Positions 1 to 12,379 of a DNA stretch of 64,000 nucleotides are shown piece after piece (within the stretch, counting starts at the first letter, position 1; each line of letters starts with the position of its first letter). This DNA comes from Mustelus asterias (lineage: Eukaryota): positions 57,908,001 through 57,972,000 of the forward strand of contig NC_135810.1 of the NCBI RefSeq assembly GCF_964213995.1, given 5' to 3'. The position numbers were made by a program, and so were the translations under genes. The notes under the pieces were generated by a model. The model ran no database searches. It had not been told where the DNA came from and worked only from the letters and a program-made list of their open reading frames with translations.

Positions 1-225
1 TTTCCAGCGCAAACAATCATAGTTTATTCAACCTCCCCTCATAGCCAACACTCTTGAGACCTGGTGAACCTTCTTCGCACTCTCTCCAAAGCTTCCACAT
101 CCTTCTGATAGTGTGGTGACCAGAATTGCTTGCAATATTCAAATGCAGCCTAACCAAGGTTTTATATAGCTGCAACATGATCTTCCAACTCTTGTGCTCA
201 ATTTGCCAATTCTGGTACTCAATAT
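1..225 (-). mobile_element. CR1-clade LINE ORF2 3' fragment
   Basis: Reverse complement matches the LYKTLVR.HLEYC.QFWSPHY.KDVEALERV motif region also seen in the CR1 copy at 39926-40921. Confidence 0.8.
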
Positions 226-949
226 GTTGGAATTCAGTGGTTACATTTTAAATCTTGACGTCACGTTACAAAATGCTGCAATTAAAATATTTTAAATTAA
301 ATTGCCACTTTGAATGTATGGGTAACCCATTCACAATCCTACGGGTAACCCAGACAGGTAATCCTGGTAATTTAGGATTCCAAGTTCTCTTTTACTAGCT
401 AGCTTTGAACCAGTCACATGTCAGCAAAGGTAATTACTCCCAAAAACGCTGCCTGCCTAAATTTTAAGTGCAAATTGAATTCAGTTATGTGGCGAATGCA
501 TTGGGGTTAATGCATTGTTTGGTAAGCCATTAAAGACTTTCATCGGATCAGCAAGTCAAATTAGTTCTTAAACATGAACATTATTCACTTAAGTAAAAAA
601 CTCCAGAGCTGATAAAATTGGAGTACCTGAGTGAAATTTTGCTTGAAATCAAACAAACAAATTCTTCTCAAAGAGGTTCGTATAGTTCCCTTAAACACTG
701 AATGCTAACTCCAGAACAGTATGATCAGAGAAACGACATGAAAGTGCAAACTTAATTGACTTATTGAAAACTAGCCTAAAGATTCATTGCAATTGCATTG
801 TCAATTGTATCTGGGGGAGCAGTGTCATCTTCAGTTTACAATTAACCTTTGTCAAACCTGTGTCTTGCATCTTTTTGTGTTGATGCTTTGTGCCCAATAT
901 CAGCAGACATTACACTCAAATCTAAAGAAGTAAAGAATGTGTACATACA

Positions 950-1675
950 TCAAAATAAAAGCAAAATACTGCAGATGCTGGAAACCTGAAACGAAAACAA
1001 AGTGATACTCAAGCTCAGCAGCTCTGTGGAGAGTTTTGAGTCCACTATGATTTTACTTTGGAACTGGAGAAAGTGGCAGAAAACACTTGGCCATAAAACA
1101 GTCAAAACGGAGGACAGAGTTCATGGTCTGATGTTGTTGAACTCAGTGTTGAATCCAGAAGGCTGGTTTCCCATGGTGAGGGGTGCATTCAATGGGAAAC
1201 CCCATTGGCAACAATGAAATTAAAAGATCCTGCCATTGGCCAATGGTGGGCCCCCTCCGCCACTCTGAAGCATGCAGCAAGTCGTATGGGAAACCCCACC
1301 CAATATTGAGTTTAACAACTTCAGACTATGAATTCTGTCCTCCATTTTGATTACTCCCCCCACCCCCCCAAACCCCCACCCCCTGTCAAGTACCAGTTAG
1401 CATCTTGTTCTTGTGTATTTGCTTTCAGATAATGCTGATCCATTTTCTGCTATTAACACATTCTGCTGTTTGCTTTCAGACAGTGCTGACCTTTATTCTG
1501 TTATTAACACATGCTCTGGACCAAAGCTTATCATTTCCTTTGTCTTGTGTTGCATAACATCTTTGTCATTTAATTTTTCTGCCCTTTTATCTATCTCTGA
1601 CCTTCTGTTTTGCACTAGGTGCCCTTCCCCCTTTATCAACAGCACAAGGCCTATCACATTTCTACCTCTCTCGAG
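950..1675. mobile_element. Decayed Penelope-like (Neptune-type) 3' end and tail fragments, interrupted by a small MITE (~1163-1300)
   Basis: aatattgagtttaacaacttcaga (NIEFNNFR, a typical PLE GIY-YIG C-terminus) at ~1301; reversed tail gcaaaatactgcagatgctgg at ~960 recurs at ~20590, with related tail pieces at ~11710 and ~53330. Confidence 0.55.
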
Positions 1676-1677
1676 TT

Positions 1678-1999
1678 CATAGAATCCTAGAATCACTACA
1701 GTACAGAAGGAGGCCATTTGGCCCATCAGGTCTGCACCAACCACAATCCCACCCAGGCCCTCGTCTCACAACTCACATTTATCCCGCTCAGCCCCCTGAC
1801 ACTCGGATCAATTTGGCATGGCCAATCAGCCTAACCTGCACATCTTTGGACTGTGGGAGGAAACTGGAGCACACAGAGGAAACCCATGCAGACATGGAGA
1901 GACAGTGCAAACTCCGCACAGACAGTGACCCGAGGCTAGAATTGAACCCGGGTCCCTGGCGTTGTGAAGCAGTAGTGCTAACTACTGTACCACCGTGCC
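1678..1999 (-). mobile_element. HE1-like V-SINE, CR1-type tail
   Basis: tRNA-derived head with A/B boxes, conserved core and ATTCT tail repeat; matches the other copies in the window. Confidence 0.9.
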
Positions 2000-2036
2000 A
2001 TCTGTAGTTGCAGAGTTGCATTTTACTCAAACCATT

Positions 2037-2867
2037 GGAGGTGATTTTCCAGCCCCATTACGGCCAACGCAAATCTTGTTATGGCTAGAAACTGTCACCA
2101 GAGGACCATAATGGCAGTCGCGCCAGAATGAGTTCAGAATGCAATGTTCCTGCGTCCTCCCAGCAGACATAATCAAGTTCACACCCTTGATAAACTTAGA
2201 TGTAATTACATAGTCAAAATCAGCTTAACCTCGAATCTTCCAGGCATGTCATATGTTCCCACCGACAAGTGTGATGGAGTACCAATGGTAATCGCCACTG
2301 AAGTCCACAAACAGAGAGAGAGACAGAGCTTGGCACCCTGGCACTGCCAGCCTGACACCCTAAAGCTGCCCATCAGGCACCGGGCAGTTGTAAGGGGTTG
2401 GTGCCTAAGTGGCAGGGTGGGGCCAAAGGGATGGGGTCATGATGGGGGTGGGGTCATGACAGAGAGGCAGGGAGATAAACTCTGCCATGGCGATTAGCTG
2501 GAGGGAGGTTATAAAAGTCAATAATTGACCGGGGTGGGGAATCAGGGCCAGCGATTGGGGGGGAATCAAGGCCAGTGATCGGGGGAGGGGGCATGGTTGG
2601 TGGAGGGCGGGGGGGGGGCAATGTCCGGGGTTGATCAGCAGTGGGAGGAGTGGGATGTCCGGGAGGGGTGTTTAGGGGACTGGCTTGGGGGGAGGGGGGG
2701 GAGGGGGGAGCAATGTACATCTAGGGAAGTTGGGAGTGAGAGATCTATGCACAGGTGAACACAGTGCACTGGGAGATTGGAGTGCATGCGCAATAGCGAA
2801 ACCTAGCAGTCAGCAGCTGGCTTCCTGGCGTGAATAGGCTCTGCCCACTCCCTGGAAAATCCCGTCC
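2037..2867. mobile_element. Harbinger-type MITE
   Basis: Imperfect TIRs ggaggtgattttccag / ctggaaaatcccgtcc; 3-bp TSD att (2034-2036, 2868-2870); G-rich interior. Confidence 0.75.
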
Positions 2868-3009
2868 ATTGTTTCTCTCCACAGATGCAGTCAGACCTGT
2901 CGACTTTTTCAAGCACTTTCTGTTATATACTTGCATTTCTATGATGTCCACTGTATATAGTAGACTCTCAGCCAATGAATTATTCGTGAAGTGTAATCAC
3001 ACTGCTTTT

Positions 3010-3312
3010 TAGGCAAACACAATCATCAAATTGTACGCAGGAAGCTGAAACAAAAAACAATGAGAATCAAGAATTAATCTGGTTTGATACTGTTGGCCAG
3101 AACATTGGGAAAATTTCCTGATTTGCTTTGGACAATTGTGAGTGGATTTTATATGTCCTAAACAGCCATACAGAGTTTTGATTTAACAAGCTATCTGACA
3201 GCACAACATCTCCCTCAATGTGGCATTTCTCAGTACTGCACTATCTGGAGTGGGGCTTGGAGACACAATCGCTGTCCCAGTGGTAAACATACTACCAACT
3301 GAGCCAAGGTGA
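3010..3312 (-). mobile_element. Decayed DeuSINE (SacSINE1-like)
   Basis: Degenerate similarity to the better-preserved copy at 24195-24640. Confidence 0.5.
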
Positions 3313-3849
3313 TGTATTTTAGAATGCAAAGCCATACATTTAGGAGAGCCTTGGTCCTGGATGATTTTCCGCCCTCATCTCCAATCCCACTGCTGAGCAC
3401 CAAACTCTCCATTCCCACTGGCAGTGACGGCAGGGTGTGAACAGCTGGAGAACTCCAGCCTATATTCCACATAGGGCCATTAATTTTTCACTTGCCACAG
3501 TTACATAACCTGAAAAGAATACGTGCTTTATACCAAATCCTAATCTGAATGCATAAGAACTGTGCACTATAACAAAGAAGAAATATAAGCATTTCTAAAT
3601 ACTTCATAAGTAATTACTCCAGGAAATTGTTTCTCACCATCACTGTTATGTGGCTGGTTATGTATCAAGTGGTATTAGCATATTGTGCACTCCTTTAAGG
3701 GATTCTATTCTATTGTAGTATGAAGTATTTGTCATACCAATAATACAATATCTTCATACAATTAAACATCACAGGACTAAAGAAATATTAGGGTTCTGTT
3801 TCTGAAATCTCAAACAATGAATAACTTCTACAGTGCAGGGACTGGTAAG

Positions 3850-5360
3850 CCATCTTTGTAAACCGCTGCAGCTCATGTGATGTAGTTACCTCCACAGTGC
3901 TGTTAGGGATGGAGTTCCAGGATTTTAACCCAGTGTCAGTGAAGGAACAGCGATATATTTCCAAGTCTGATTGGTGTGTAGCTCAGAGGGGAACTTACAA
4001 GCGGTGGTGTTCCCATGTGTCTGCCCCCCTTCTCCTTCTAGGTGGTAGAGGTCACAGGTTTGGAAGGTACTGTTGAAGGAGCGTTGGTGAGTTCCTGCAG
4101 TACATCTTGTAGATGGTACACACTACTGCCAGTGTGCATCTGGTGGGAGGCAGTGGATGTTGCAGTTGCAAGCGGACTGCTTTATTCTGGATGGTGTTGA
4201 GCTTCCTGAGTGTAATTAATGCCACACTTATCTTTGCAAATGGAGAGTATTCCACCTCACTCCTGACTTGTACCTTGGAAATGGCTTTATGAAGTCAGGA
4301 GATGAGTTACTCTACAGAATTCCAAGCTTCTGACACGCTCTTACAACCGCAGTATTTATATAACCAATCCATTTCAGTTTCAGCAATGAAAATGTCATTT
4401 AAAGGTAAGGCAGGATGCCTAGACTCTCTCCTGTTGGAAACTGTAATTGTGTGGCACTTATGTGGCAAGTGGCAAGTAACGAATGCTACTTGCCATTTGT
4501 TAGCCCAAGCCTGAATTTTGTCCAGGTCTTGCTTCATATGGACACAGACTGCTTCAATATCTGAGGAGTCATGAATGTTGCTAAATGTTGTTCGCTGATG
4601 ATTGCACATCACCACTTCTGATCTTATGAGGGAGGAAAGGTCAATGATGAAGCAACTGAAAATGATTGAGCCTTCGACACTACTCAGAGGAACTCCTGCA
4701 GTGATGTCCTGGGAGTGAGATGATTGACCTCAAACAACCACAAACACCTTTCTTTGTGCTCAATATGACTCCAACTTAGGGTGAGTTTTCCCCCCGATTG
4801 CCATTTACCTCAGTTTTTCTTGATGCCACACTTGGTCAAATACCCATTTATGAAGCCTGATGGAACTAAGGCTGTAATGAGGTTAGCAACTGAGTAGCCC
4901 TGGCGCAATCCAAAGTGAGCATCAGTGAACAGGAGTTACTGCAATGTACATGCAGGTTGATATCAAGGTGTCTATAACAACTTCCATCACTTTGTTGATT
5001 ATTGAAAGTAAAGATTGATGGGACAGTAATTGGCCCAGTTGGATTTGTCCCGCATTTTTTTGGACAGGATGTACCTGGGCAATTTTCCACATTGCCGGGT
5101 AAATGCTAATGTTGTAGATGCTCTGGGACAGCTTTGATAGGGGCACAGCTAGTTCTGGAATCAAAGCTTGAGTGCCGTTATTGGAATGTTGTCAGAGCCT
5201 TTGCAGTATCCAGTGCCTTCAACCATTTCATGATATCACATGGAGTGAATCGAATTGGTTGGAGATGACATCTGTGATGTTGAACACCTCAGGAAGCTGA
5301 GATGGATCATCCGCTCAGCATTTCTGGCTAAGGATGATTGCAAATATTTCACCCTTGGCC
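3850..5360 (-). mobile_element. Decayed L2/CR1-group LINE ORF2 fragment
   Basis: ORF pieces PELAVPLSKL..IYPAMWKIAQVHPV and QDLDKIQAWANKWQV; many stops and frameshifts. Confidence 0.8.
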
Positions 5361-5767
5361 GATTGAAATCTAAGTGCTGCAGCCAGCAGGAAGATCGGAG
5401 CGTTTCCCACTGTCACTGACTGCTGAGGTGGGATTCAATAACTTGAAAATTGAAAAAAAATGCCCAACGTGAATCACGGTGGGCCAAACGCACCTGCTGT
5501 GAGAGGCTCCTGAATCAATGATCAGCTGTCCAGCTGACTTTCAAAAACACTTCCTGCTTATCCTTCTCTCAGAATAACTGAAGGGTGAATAACCCAGTCT
5601 CACATTAATGCAGGGAGCATTTCATGTTGGATCTTTTATGACACCAACCTTTTGGAGTTATAACTGACTGCAGCAAGAACCCAAAAACATCATTGAAGCC
5701 TGTAACCGAACCGCTCCCCAAAAATTTAGCTCATCACAAGATTAATGAGATATTCCACACAATGTCC

Positions 5768-7480
5768 ATTTATTTGATTCGATTTGGTTTATTATTGTCA
5801 CATGTATTAACATACAGTGAAAAGTATTGTTTCTTGCGTGCTATAAAAGTACACCGTACATAGGGAAGGAAATAAGAGAGTGCAGAATGTAGTGTTACAG
5901 TAATAGCTAGGGTGCAGAGAAAGATCAACTTAATGCAAGGTAAGTCCATTCAAAAGTCTGACAGCAGCAGGGAAAAAACTGTTCTTGAATTGGTTGGTAT
6001 GTGACCTCAGACGTTTGTATCTTTTTCCCGACAGAAGAAGATGGAAGAAAGAATGTCCGGGTGCGTGGGGCCCTTAATTATGCTGGCTGCTTTACCGAAG
6101 CAGCGGGAAATGTAGACAGAGTCAATGGATGGGAGGCTGGTTTGCGTGATGGATTGGGCTACTTTCACGACCTTTTGTAGTTCCTTGCAGCCTTGGGCAG
6201 AGCAGGAGCCACACCAAGCTGTGATACAGCCAGAAAGAATGCTTTCTATGGTGCATCTGTAAAAGTTGGTGAAAGTCGTAGCTGATAAGCCAAATTTCCT
6301 TAGTCTTCCGAGAAAGTAGAGGTGTTGGCGGGCTTCCTTAACTATTGTGTCAGCATGGAGGGATCAGGACAGGTTGTTGGTGATCTGGACACCTAAAAAC
6401 TTGCAGTTCTCAACCCTTTCTACTTCGTCCCCATTGATGTAGACAGGGGCACATTCTCCTTTATGCTTTCTGAAGTCGGTGACTATCTCCTTTGTTTTGT
6501 TGACATTGAGGGAGAGATTATTGTTGCTGCACCAGTTCACCAGATTCTCTATCTCATTCCTGTACTCTGTCTCCTTAGCCTCCTGAGAAAGCAGAGGTGT
6601 TGGTGGGCTTTCTTAATGATAGCGCGGCATGGAGAGATCAGGCCAGATTGCTGGTGATCTGGACATCCAAAAACATGAAGCTCTCGACCCTTTCTACTTC
6701 ATCCCCATTGATAATATGACAGGGGCATGCCCTCCACTACGCTTCCTGAAGTTGATGATTATCTTATTAATTTTGTTGACATTAAGGAAGAGATTATTAT
6801 CATCGCACCAGTCCACTAGATTCTCTATCTGTTTCTGTACTCTGTCTCATCATTGTTTGAGATCCAACCCACTACGGTGGTGTCATCAAAAAAACTTGAA
6901 AATTGAGTTGGAGGGGAATTTGGCCACACAGTCATAGGTGTACAAGGAGTATAGTAGGGGGCTGAGAACACAGCCTTGTGGAGCACCGGTGTTGAGGATG
7001 ACCATGGAGGTGTTGTTGCCTATTGTGGTCTGTGGATTAGGAAGTTCAGGATTCAATCAAAGAGGGAGGAGCCGAACCCCTGGCCATGGAATTTAGAGAT
7101 GAGTTTTGTAGGAATAATAGTGTTGAAGGCTGAGCTGTAGTCAATAAATAGGAGTCTGACATTGGTGTCTTTGTTATCTAGGTGTTCCAGGGTTGAGTGC
7201 AGGGCCAGGGAGATGGTGTCTGCTGTGGACCTGTTGTGGCGGTAGGTGAACTGTATTGGATCCAGGCAGTCTGGGAGGCCAGAATTGACTCGTGCCATGA
7301 CTAACTTTTTGAAGCACTTCATAATGATGACTGTCAGAGCCACCGGACGATAGTCATTAAGGCACACTGCTGGTTTTCCTTTGGTACCGGGATGATGGTT
7401 GTCTTCTTGAAGCAGATAGGGATTTCAGATTGTTGTAAAGAGAGGCTAAAGATATCTGTGAATACCCCTGCTAGCTGGCC
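5768..7480 (-). mobile_element. Rex1/Babar LINE, 5'-truncated, with an internal 275-bp duplicated segment
   Basis: ORF 7053-7367 [43 protein letters not shown]; (ATTTG)n-type tail at ~5770. Confidence 0.9.
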
Positions 7481-8091
7481 ATTCAGTTATATCACATATT
7501 TAAAACATGTAATATAACTGAATCAAACCTGTAGTTTTCCCCATGACAACTGCATCGCAATGATTCTATCTTTCCTATGATAATAGAATGAGGCGTAGTT
7601 CTGAAATTGTACCGAGTGCAGAAGAATCAGGGTGGCACAGGACACTAGGGTTTTGAGCTTGTATACAACAGAGAGATACAGATCAGCACATATAAAGCCT
7701 CATGAGTTTCCAATCTCATCTAATCATTGGAAGGCAAACACTCCCCATAGAGGGAGGGAGAGTTGCCCCAATTACAGCCTTCCTAGTGACCAGTTGCCCA
7801 TCATCTCACTCATAGATGCTGAAAATCTTGAGAAAACCATCATATAAAGACTGTGGTAAGCTGAACCATAGTATTACTCAGGAAACTATACTTTGCTGCA
7901 GCATCTCAAGATTAAGGAGGTATAAACTGACCAGAGATCCTGAAGGAAAAAAAAGTTTGGACCAGAATTATTCGTTTGACTGTTTTTTTCCCTTCTGGGG
8001 AATTATAACCATTCATTAACGTGTTATGAGCCCAGCTACGAGAATGTTGGACAAACCTGATACGTGTTAGGACCTGGTTTGATGGATCATA

Positions 8092-8405
8092 GGGCGGCAT
8101 GATAGCACAGTGGTTAGTACTGCTGCCTCACAGCGCCAGGGACCCAGGTTCAATTCTGGCCTCGGGTCACTGTCTGTGTAGAGTTTGCACATTCTCCCCG
8201 TGTCTGCATGGGTTTCCTCCGGGTGCTCCGGTTTCCTCCCACAGTCCAAAGATGTGAGGGTTAGGTTGATTGGCCATGCTAAATTGCCCCTGCGTGTCAG
8301 CAGGGTAGATATGTCAGGTTACAGGGACGGGGCCTGAGTGGGATTGTTGTCAGTGCTGACTCAATGGGCCGAATGGCCTCTTTCTGCACTGTAGGGATTC
8401 TATGA
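8092..8405 (+). mobile_element. HE1-like V-SINE, CR1-type tail
   Basis: gggcggcatgatagcacagtggttag head through gggattctatga tail. Confidence 0.9.
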
Positions 8406-9253
8406 TAATCATTAAAAGAATATAATGCATGGAAGAGCCATAGGGAAGGAAATAAGCAGCAGGACTTAAACTCAGTCCACTGACTAAGTATATACACTGA
8501 GCAGGTACGATAAGGATTCAATACAATATGAGTTTCTACCTTAAACACAATCCAACAGACATAGCCAGCTTAACCTTTTTACTGTGGCTTTCACCTGATA
8601 AGACTTTTATACATACGCATACTCTGGGAGGCAGATCCCTTTTCCTCTTGGTCTGGTTGCACAGGTCACAGCTCAGGTCTATGGCATATCTCTACCAATA
8701 TGACCTCCTGATCCAAGTATAGGCATTGCTGATGGTCACACTCCACAATCCACCTGACACACTCCCATGGTGTTTATTCTGTGGCTGGACTTCTCCCCTC
8801 TTTACAGAGGTTACTTTACTAACTGAGTTGACCTAAGTGAATGGAGGAACAAGTTTGAGGGGCTGAATGGTCTACTCTTATTCTTACATTCTTACAAGGG
8901 GAAGCTGTGTAGGAAGGGTGGGAGGAGTTCATCAATAATTTTGAACGAGGGCAATATTTTCAAAGAGGGCCTGAACTTCCATGGAGTAGCAATCACAACC
9001 ATTTTAGAATCAATAACAGAAGCTTTACCTCACTTCATACCACTTGGGAGTGGACAATGCTCCCCCACCCCTCCCGAAACCCACAGGTCCATCGGCACTG
9101 TGCCGACTAGGATCCTGGCTGCCCGCAATGATAATACACTGGTGACAACCTTCATTGATTTGGGGCTAGACTTCTACCCTCATCCGGGAGGTGGGGGGGG
9201 AATTAATTCCCACTCGAGAGAGATGTTGAAAAATCTGATTAACCAGCAGATCC

Positions 9254-9353
9254 GGGCTGGAAATTTCCAACCATTCATGCCCTGCTGCCGCTACAAGTGA
9301 GGCAGCGGGTTCCGAGAATCCTGCCGGCATGAAAGGCTGGAAAATTCCAGCCC
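9254..9353. mobile_element. Small MITE
   Basis: TIRs gggctggaaatttcca / tggaaaattccagccc. Confidence 0.65.
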
Positions 9354-9653
9354 TGTAGTCCCAGCAGCACAGAAGTATACAGCGGCCATTGCTGGGTCTA
9401 CAAGCAATCGACAAAGAAGAAGAAGGATGCACCTCAATTCAGGAAAGTGAGGATTTTGGACGGGCTTGCTGTAAAAGGCTCGTTTATTCTTACTGTCAGT
9501 TCTTGACTTTAGGAATTTATAAAGAACAAACTTGCACAGGCACAGGTTTTTAGGCTAAACCAAAAATGTTTTATTAACAGGCTTAAACACTCCTAATACC
9601 TAATACAAGAGCTTTAAACTAGTGTAATAACACTGCACAACACTCAAAACAAT

Positions 9654-10870
9654 GGGCCCGATTTTATCATTGCGACGTGCCCGTTTTCGGGCGCAGAAAC
9701 TTGGTAAAGTCAGGCGTGAGGCGATTAGCGCGATCCACACCCGCGTCCACGCAGATGCCCACTTTACCAAGGCCCAAAAATGGCCATGATCCAAACCGTG
9801 CCCAAAACGGGCACGATGTCAATTTAAATGCATTTAAATTGACTTAATGAGCTGGATGCCTAATCTTACCAGCATTTCCCCCTTTATCATTGCGTTCGCC
9901 CGTCCAGATTCGGTGCGAAACAGACCTGCTTGGCAAAGGTCTGGTTCGGCACTTCAGCTTCTGAAGAGGTAGGTTCAGAGCTTCCAACGACTCTCTGACT
10001 CAGATCGGTGGTGGGCGGGGGGGGCGGGGGAGGGGGGGGAGGTGGGCCAGGTCATTCTCTGGTGGGGGGGGGAAGAGAGGACGAGGTGGGTCAGATCTAT
10101 TACTGGTGGAGGGGAGGGAGGTGGAAGAGGGAAGCCCAATCATTCTCTGGTGGGGAGGCCAGATTGTTCTCTGGTGGGGAGGGGAGGAGGGAGGGCCAGA
10201 TCATTCTCTGGTGGGGGGGGAGAAGAGGGGGCCAGATGGATCACTGGTGGGAGGGGGGAGGAGGAAAAGGGAGGCGGGCCAGATCGTTCTCTGGTTGCGG
10301 GGGGGGGGGGGGGGGGGCCGGGGGGGGGGGGGGGGGCAGGAGGCCCGATTTTTCTCCGGTGGTGGGGGGGGAGGGAGGGAGGCCCGATCATTCTCTGGTG
10401 GGGGGGTTGGGGGGCAGGGGGCTCTGCCACTCTGTGGGCGATCGGTGGGGGGGAAGGAGGGGACCGCTGCCACTCTGCAGGCGATCGGTGGGGGGAAAGG
10501 GAGACAGGGGGTCGTGATCAGTCTGCGTAGCGGGGTGGTTGGTGGATAAGGAGGACAGTTGTGTTGTGGGGTGGGACGATGTCTGTGGGGGCCATTGCTC
10601 CCGGGCCGCTTTATCCACTTTTTGCGACCCGGAAGCGATGTGACAGGGGCACGTTTTTCAATTTTATTTCTCACTGCGCATGTGCAGTTCAAAGCTCCAA
10701 TCAGACCAGCAGCATTTCGGGTGCACTAAGCCCCGCCCACAGCGCGATTCAGACTCGTGGCTTTATTTTCAGGCTAAATGCGTATGGGGGCGCCTGAGAG
10801 CAGATTTCCAAGTCGGATCTGAATTGCGCCCAGATTCAGCACTTAGAAACAAAATGGTAAAATCGGGCCC
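9654..10870. mobile_element. ~1.2-kb Harbinger-type MITE with an internal G-tract minisatellite
   Basis: TIRs gggcccgattttatcatt / aatggtaaaatcgggccc; homologous, in reverse orientation, to 30896-32022. Confidence 0.85.
10010..10560. repeat. G-rich minisatellite (GGCCAGATCATTCTCTGGTGGG...G runs)
   Basis: Roughly ten degenerate units separated by poly-G tracts. Confidence 0.85.
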
Positions 10871-11054
10871 AAAGTCTCCACTGAAAAGCCACAGGCAAAA
10901 CCCTACATTTCTACCTAAACCTCAACTCAAACCCTACTCTTAGGATTCAGTTGCTACCTCTAAACTGTCTTTATACCTCAGCCCTCTTATCCCTCAGATC
11001 TGGCTGATATTTCCGGTAGGAGCTGTAGGCCATGAATCAAAGTGACTACAAAGT

Positions 11055-11355
11055 GGGCGACACGGTGGCACAGTAGTTAGTGCTGCTGCCTCACAGCGCC
11101 AGGGACCCGGGTTCGATTCCTTTCTTGGGTCACTGTCTGTGCAGAGTCTGCACATTCTCCCCGTGTCGGCGTGAGTTTCCTCCGGGTGCTCTGGTTTCCT
11201 CCCAGTCTGAAAGACATGCTGATTAGGTGCATTGGCCATGCTAAATTCTCCCTCAGTGTACCCGATCAGGTGCCAGAACATAGCAACTAGAGGATTTTCA
11301 CAGTAACTTCATTGCAGTGTTAATGTAAGTGGACTTGTGACACTAATAAAATAAA
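11055..11355 (+). mobile_element. V-SINE, alternative tail type
   Basis: HE1-like head and core, but ends in aacttcattgcagtgttaatgtaag..ttgtgacactaataaa. Confidence 0.9.
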
Positions 11356-11924
11356 CTTTAAAACTATTCCTGACCCTTGTTTGTGCTTGCAGTACAAGAT
11401 TCAACTGTCTTGCTCTTTTTGTTACAAAATTTTATCAAAAATATCAAAGCATATTCCTGGAGACATCCTGTTTGGACGGTCAGTGCTTAGCATTTTTCAA
11501 TCTCTTTAAGCCTGGTTTCTGCCTTAGTTTAGGTGAACCAATCATCATGATGTTGTTTCCACAGCTAAAACAACAGGCACCATTCAGGTATGATGTCTCG
11601 GTGCCCAAGCTGATATGTGTGTGATAAAGTCCATTCTCCTTAGCTGTTGTTGATGCTTGTTTGTATAGTGGCTAATGTTTGGGGCAATCAGCTCTGATAG
11701 CTAAAGAAGAGAAAATGCTGGAAAATCTCGGCAGGTCTGGCAGTATCTGTGAGGAGAGAAAGGAGCTGACATTTCGAGTCCAGATATAGTTCTGATAGCT
11801 ACCCAGCTTCTTTAGTTGAATTGTCTGATGGCCTTTGAGATGGTAGCATTCCAATGTATTGGTCTCAGTATCAACATGTTTTGAAGATTACCCCCTTACA
11901 GTACAGTTGAGGTTTGGCATGAGA

Positions 11925-12335
11925 AGAGATTGGCAGCTAATATAAAAGGGAATCCACAAGGTTTCTCAGCATATGAATAGAAGAAGTTTAGTAACTAGGG
12001 GCTAATTAAGAATGAAAACAAGATTTATGCATGGATGAAGAGGGCATGACTGAAATCTTTACCAAGGCGGAAGACGCTGCGAAACTCATAGTGAAAGAAG
12101 CGGTGGTTGAAACACTGGATGGGCTAAAAACTGATAAAGGGGAGGTAATAGGTAGGTTTAAAATGGATAAGTCACCAGGACTATATCTGATGCATCCGAG
12201 AATATTGAGGGAATTAAGGGAGGGATTTGTTGAGGAAACGGTTAAAATCTTCAAGTCCTCTTAGATAAAGGGGCAGTGCCAGAGGACTGAAGAATTACAA
12301 ATTTTACACTCCTTTCAAAGAAAAGGCAAAGATTA
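11925..12335 (+). mobile_element. CR1 LINE ORF2 internal fragment
   Basis: ORF 12031-12264 contains DKSPGLYLMHPRILRE, homologous to DKSPGPDGLHPRVLKE. Confidence 0.8.
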
Positions 12336-12379
12336 ACTCAGCAGGATGAGATCTTTAAGTGGCAATTAATTTGTTGTTA

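Noticed and set aside
1813-2007. Recurrent peptide DCGRKPEHPEETHADTGR.. suggesting a gene family
   Set aside because: Antisense translation of the V-SINE core
8092-8165. tRNA-like A/B-box sequences
   Set aside because: SINE heads followed by core and tail; not free tRNA genes
10008-10692. Gly-rich and Pro-rich ORFs in several frames
   Set aside because: By-products of a G-tract minisatellite in a MITE; the same applies near 2454, 26325, 30659 and 31080
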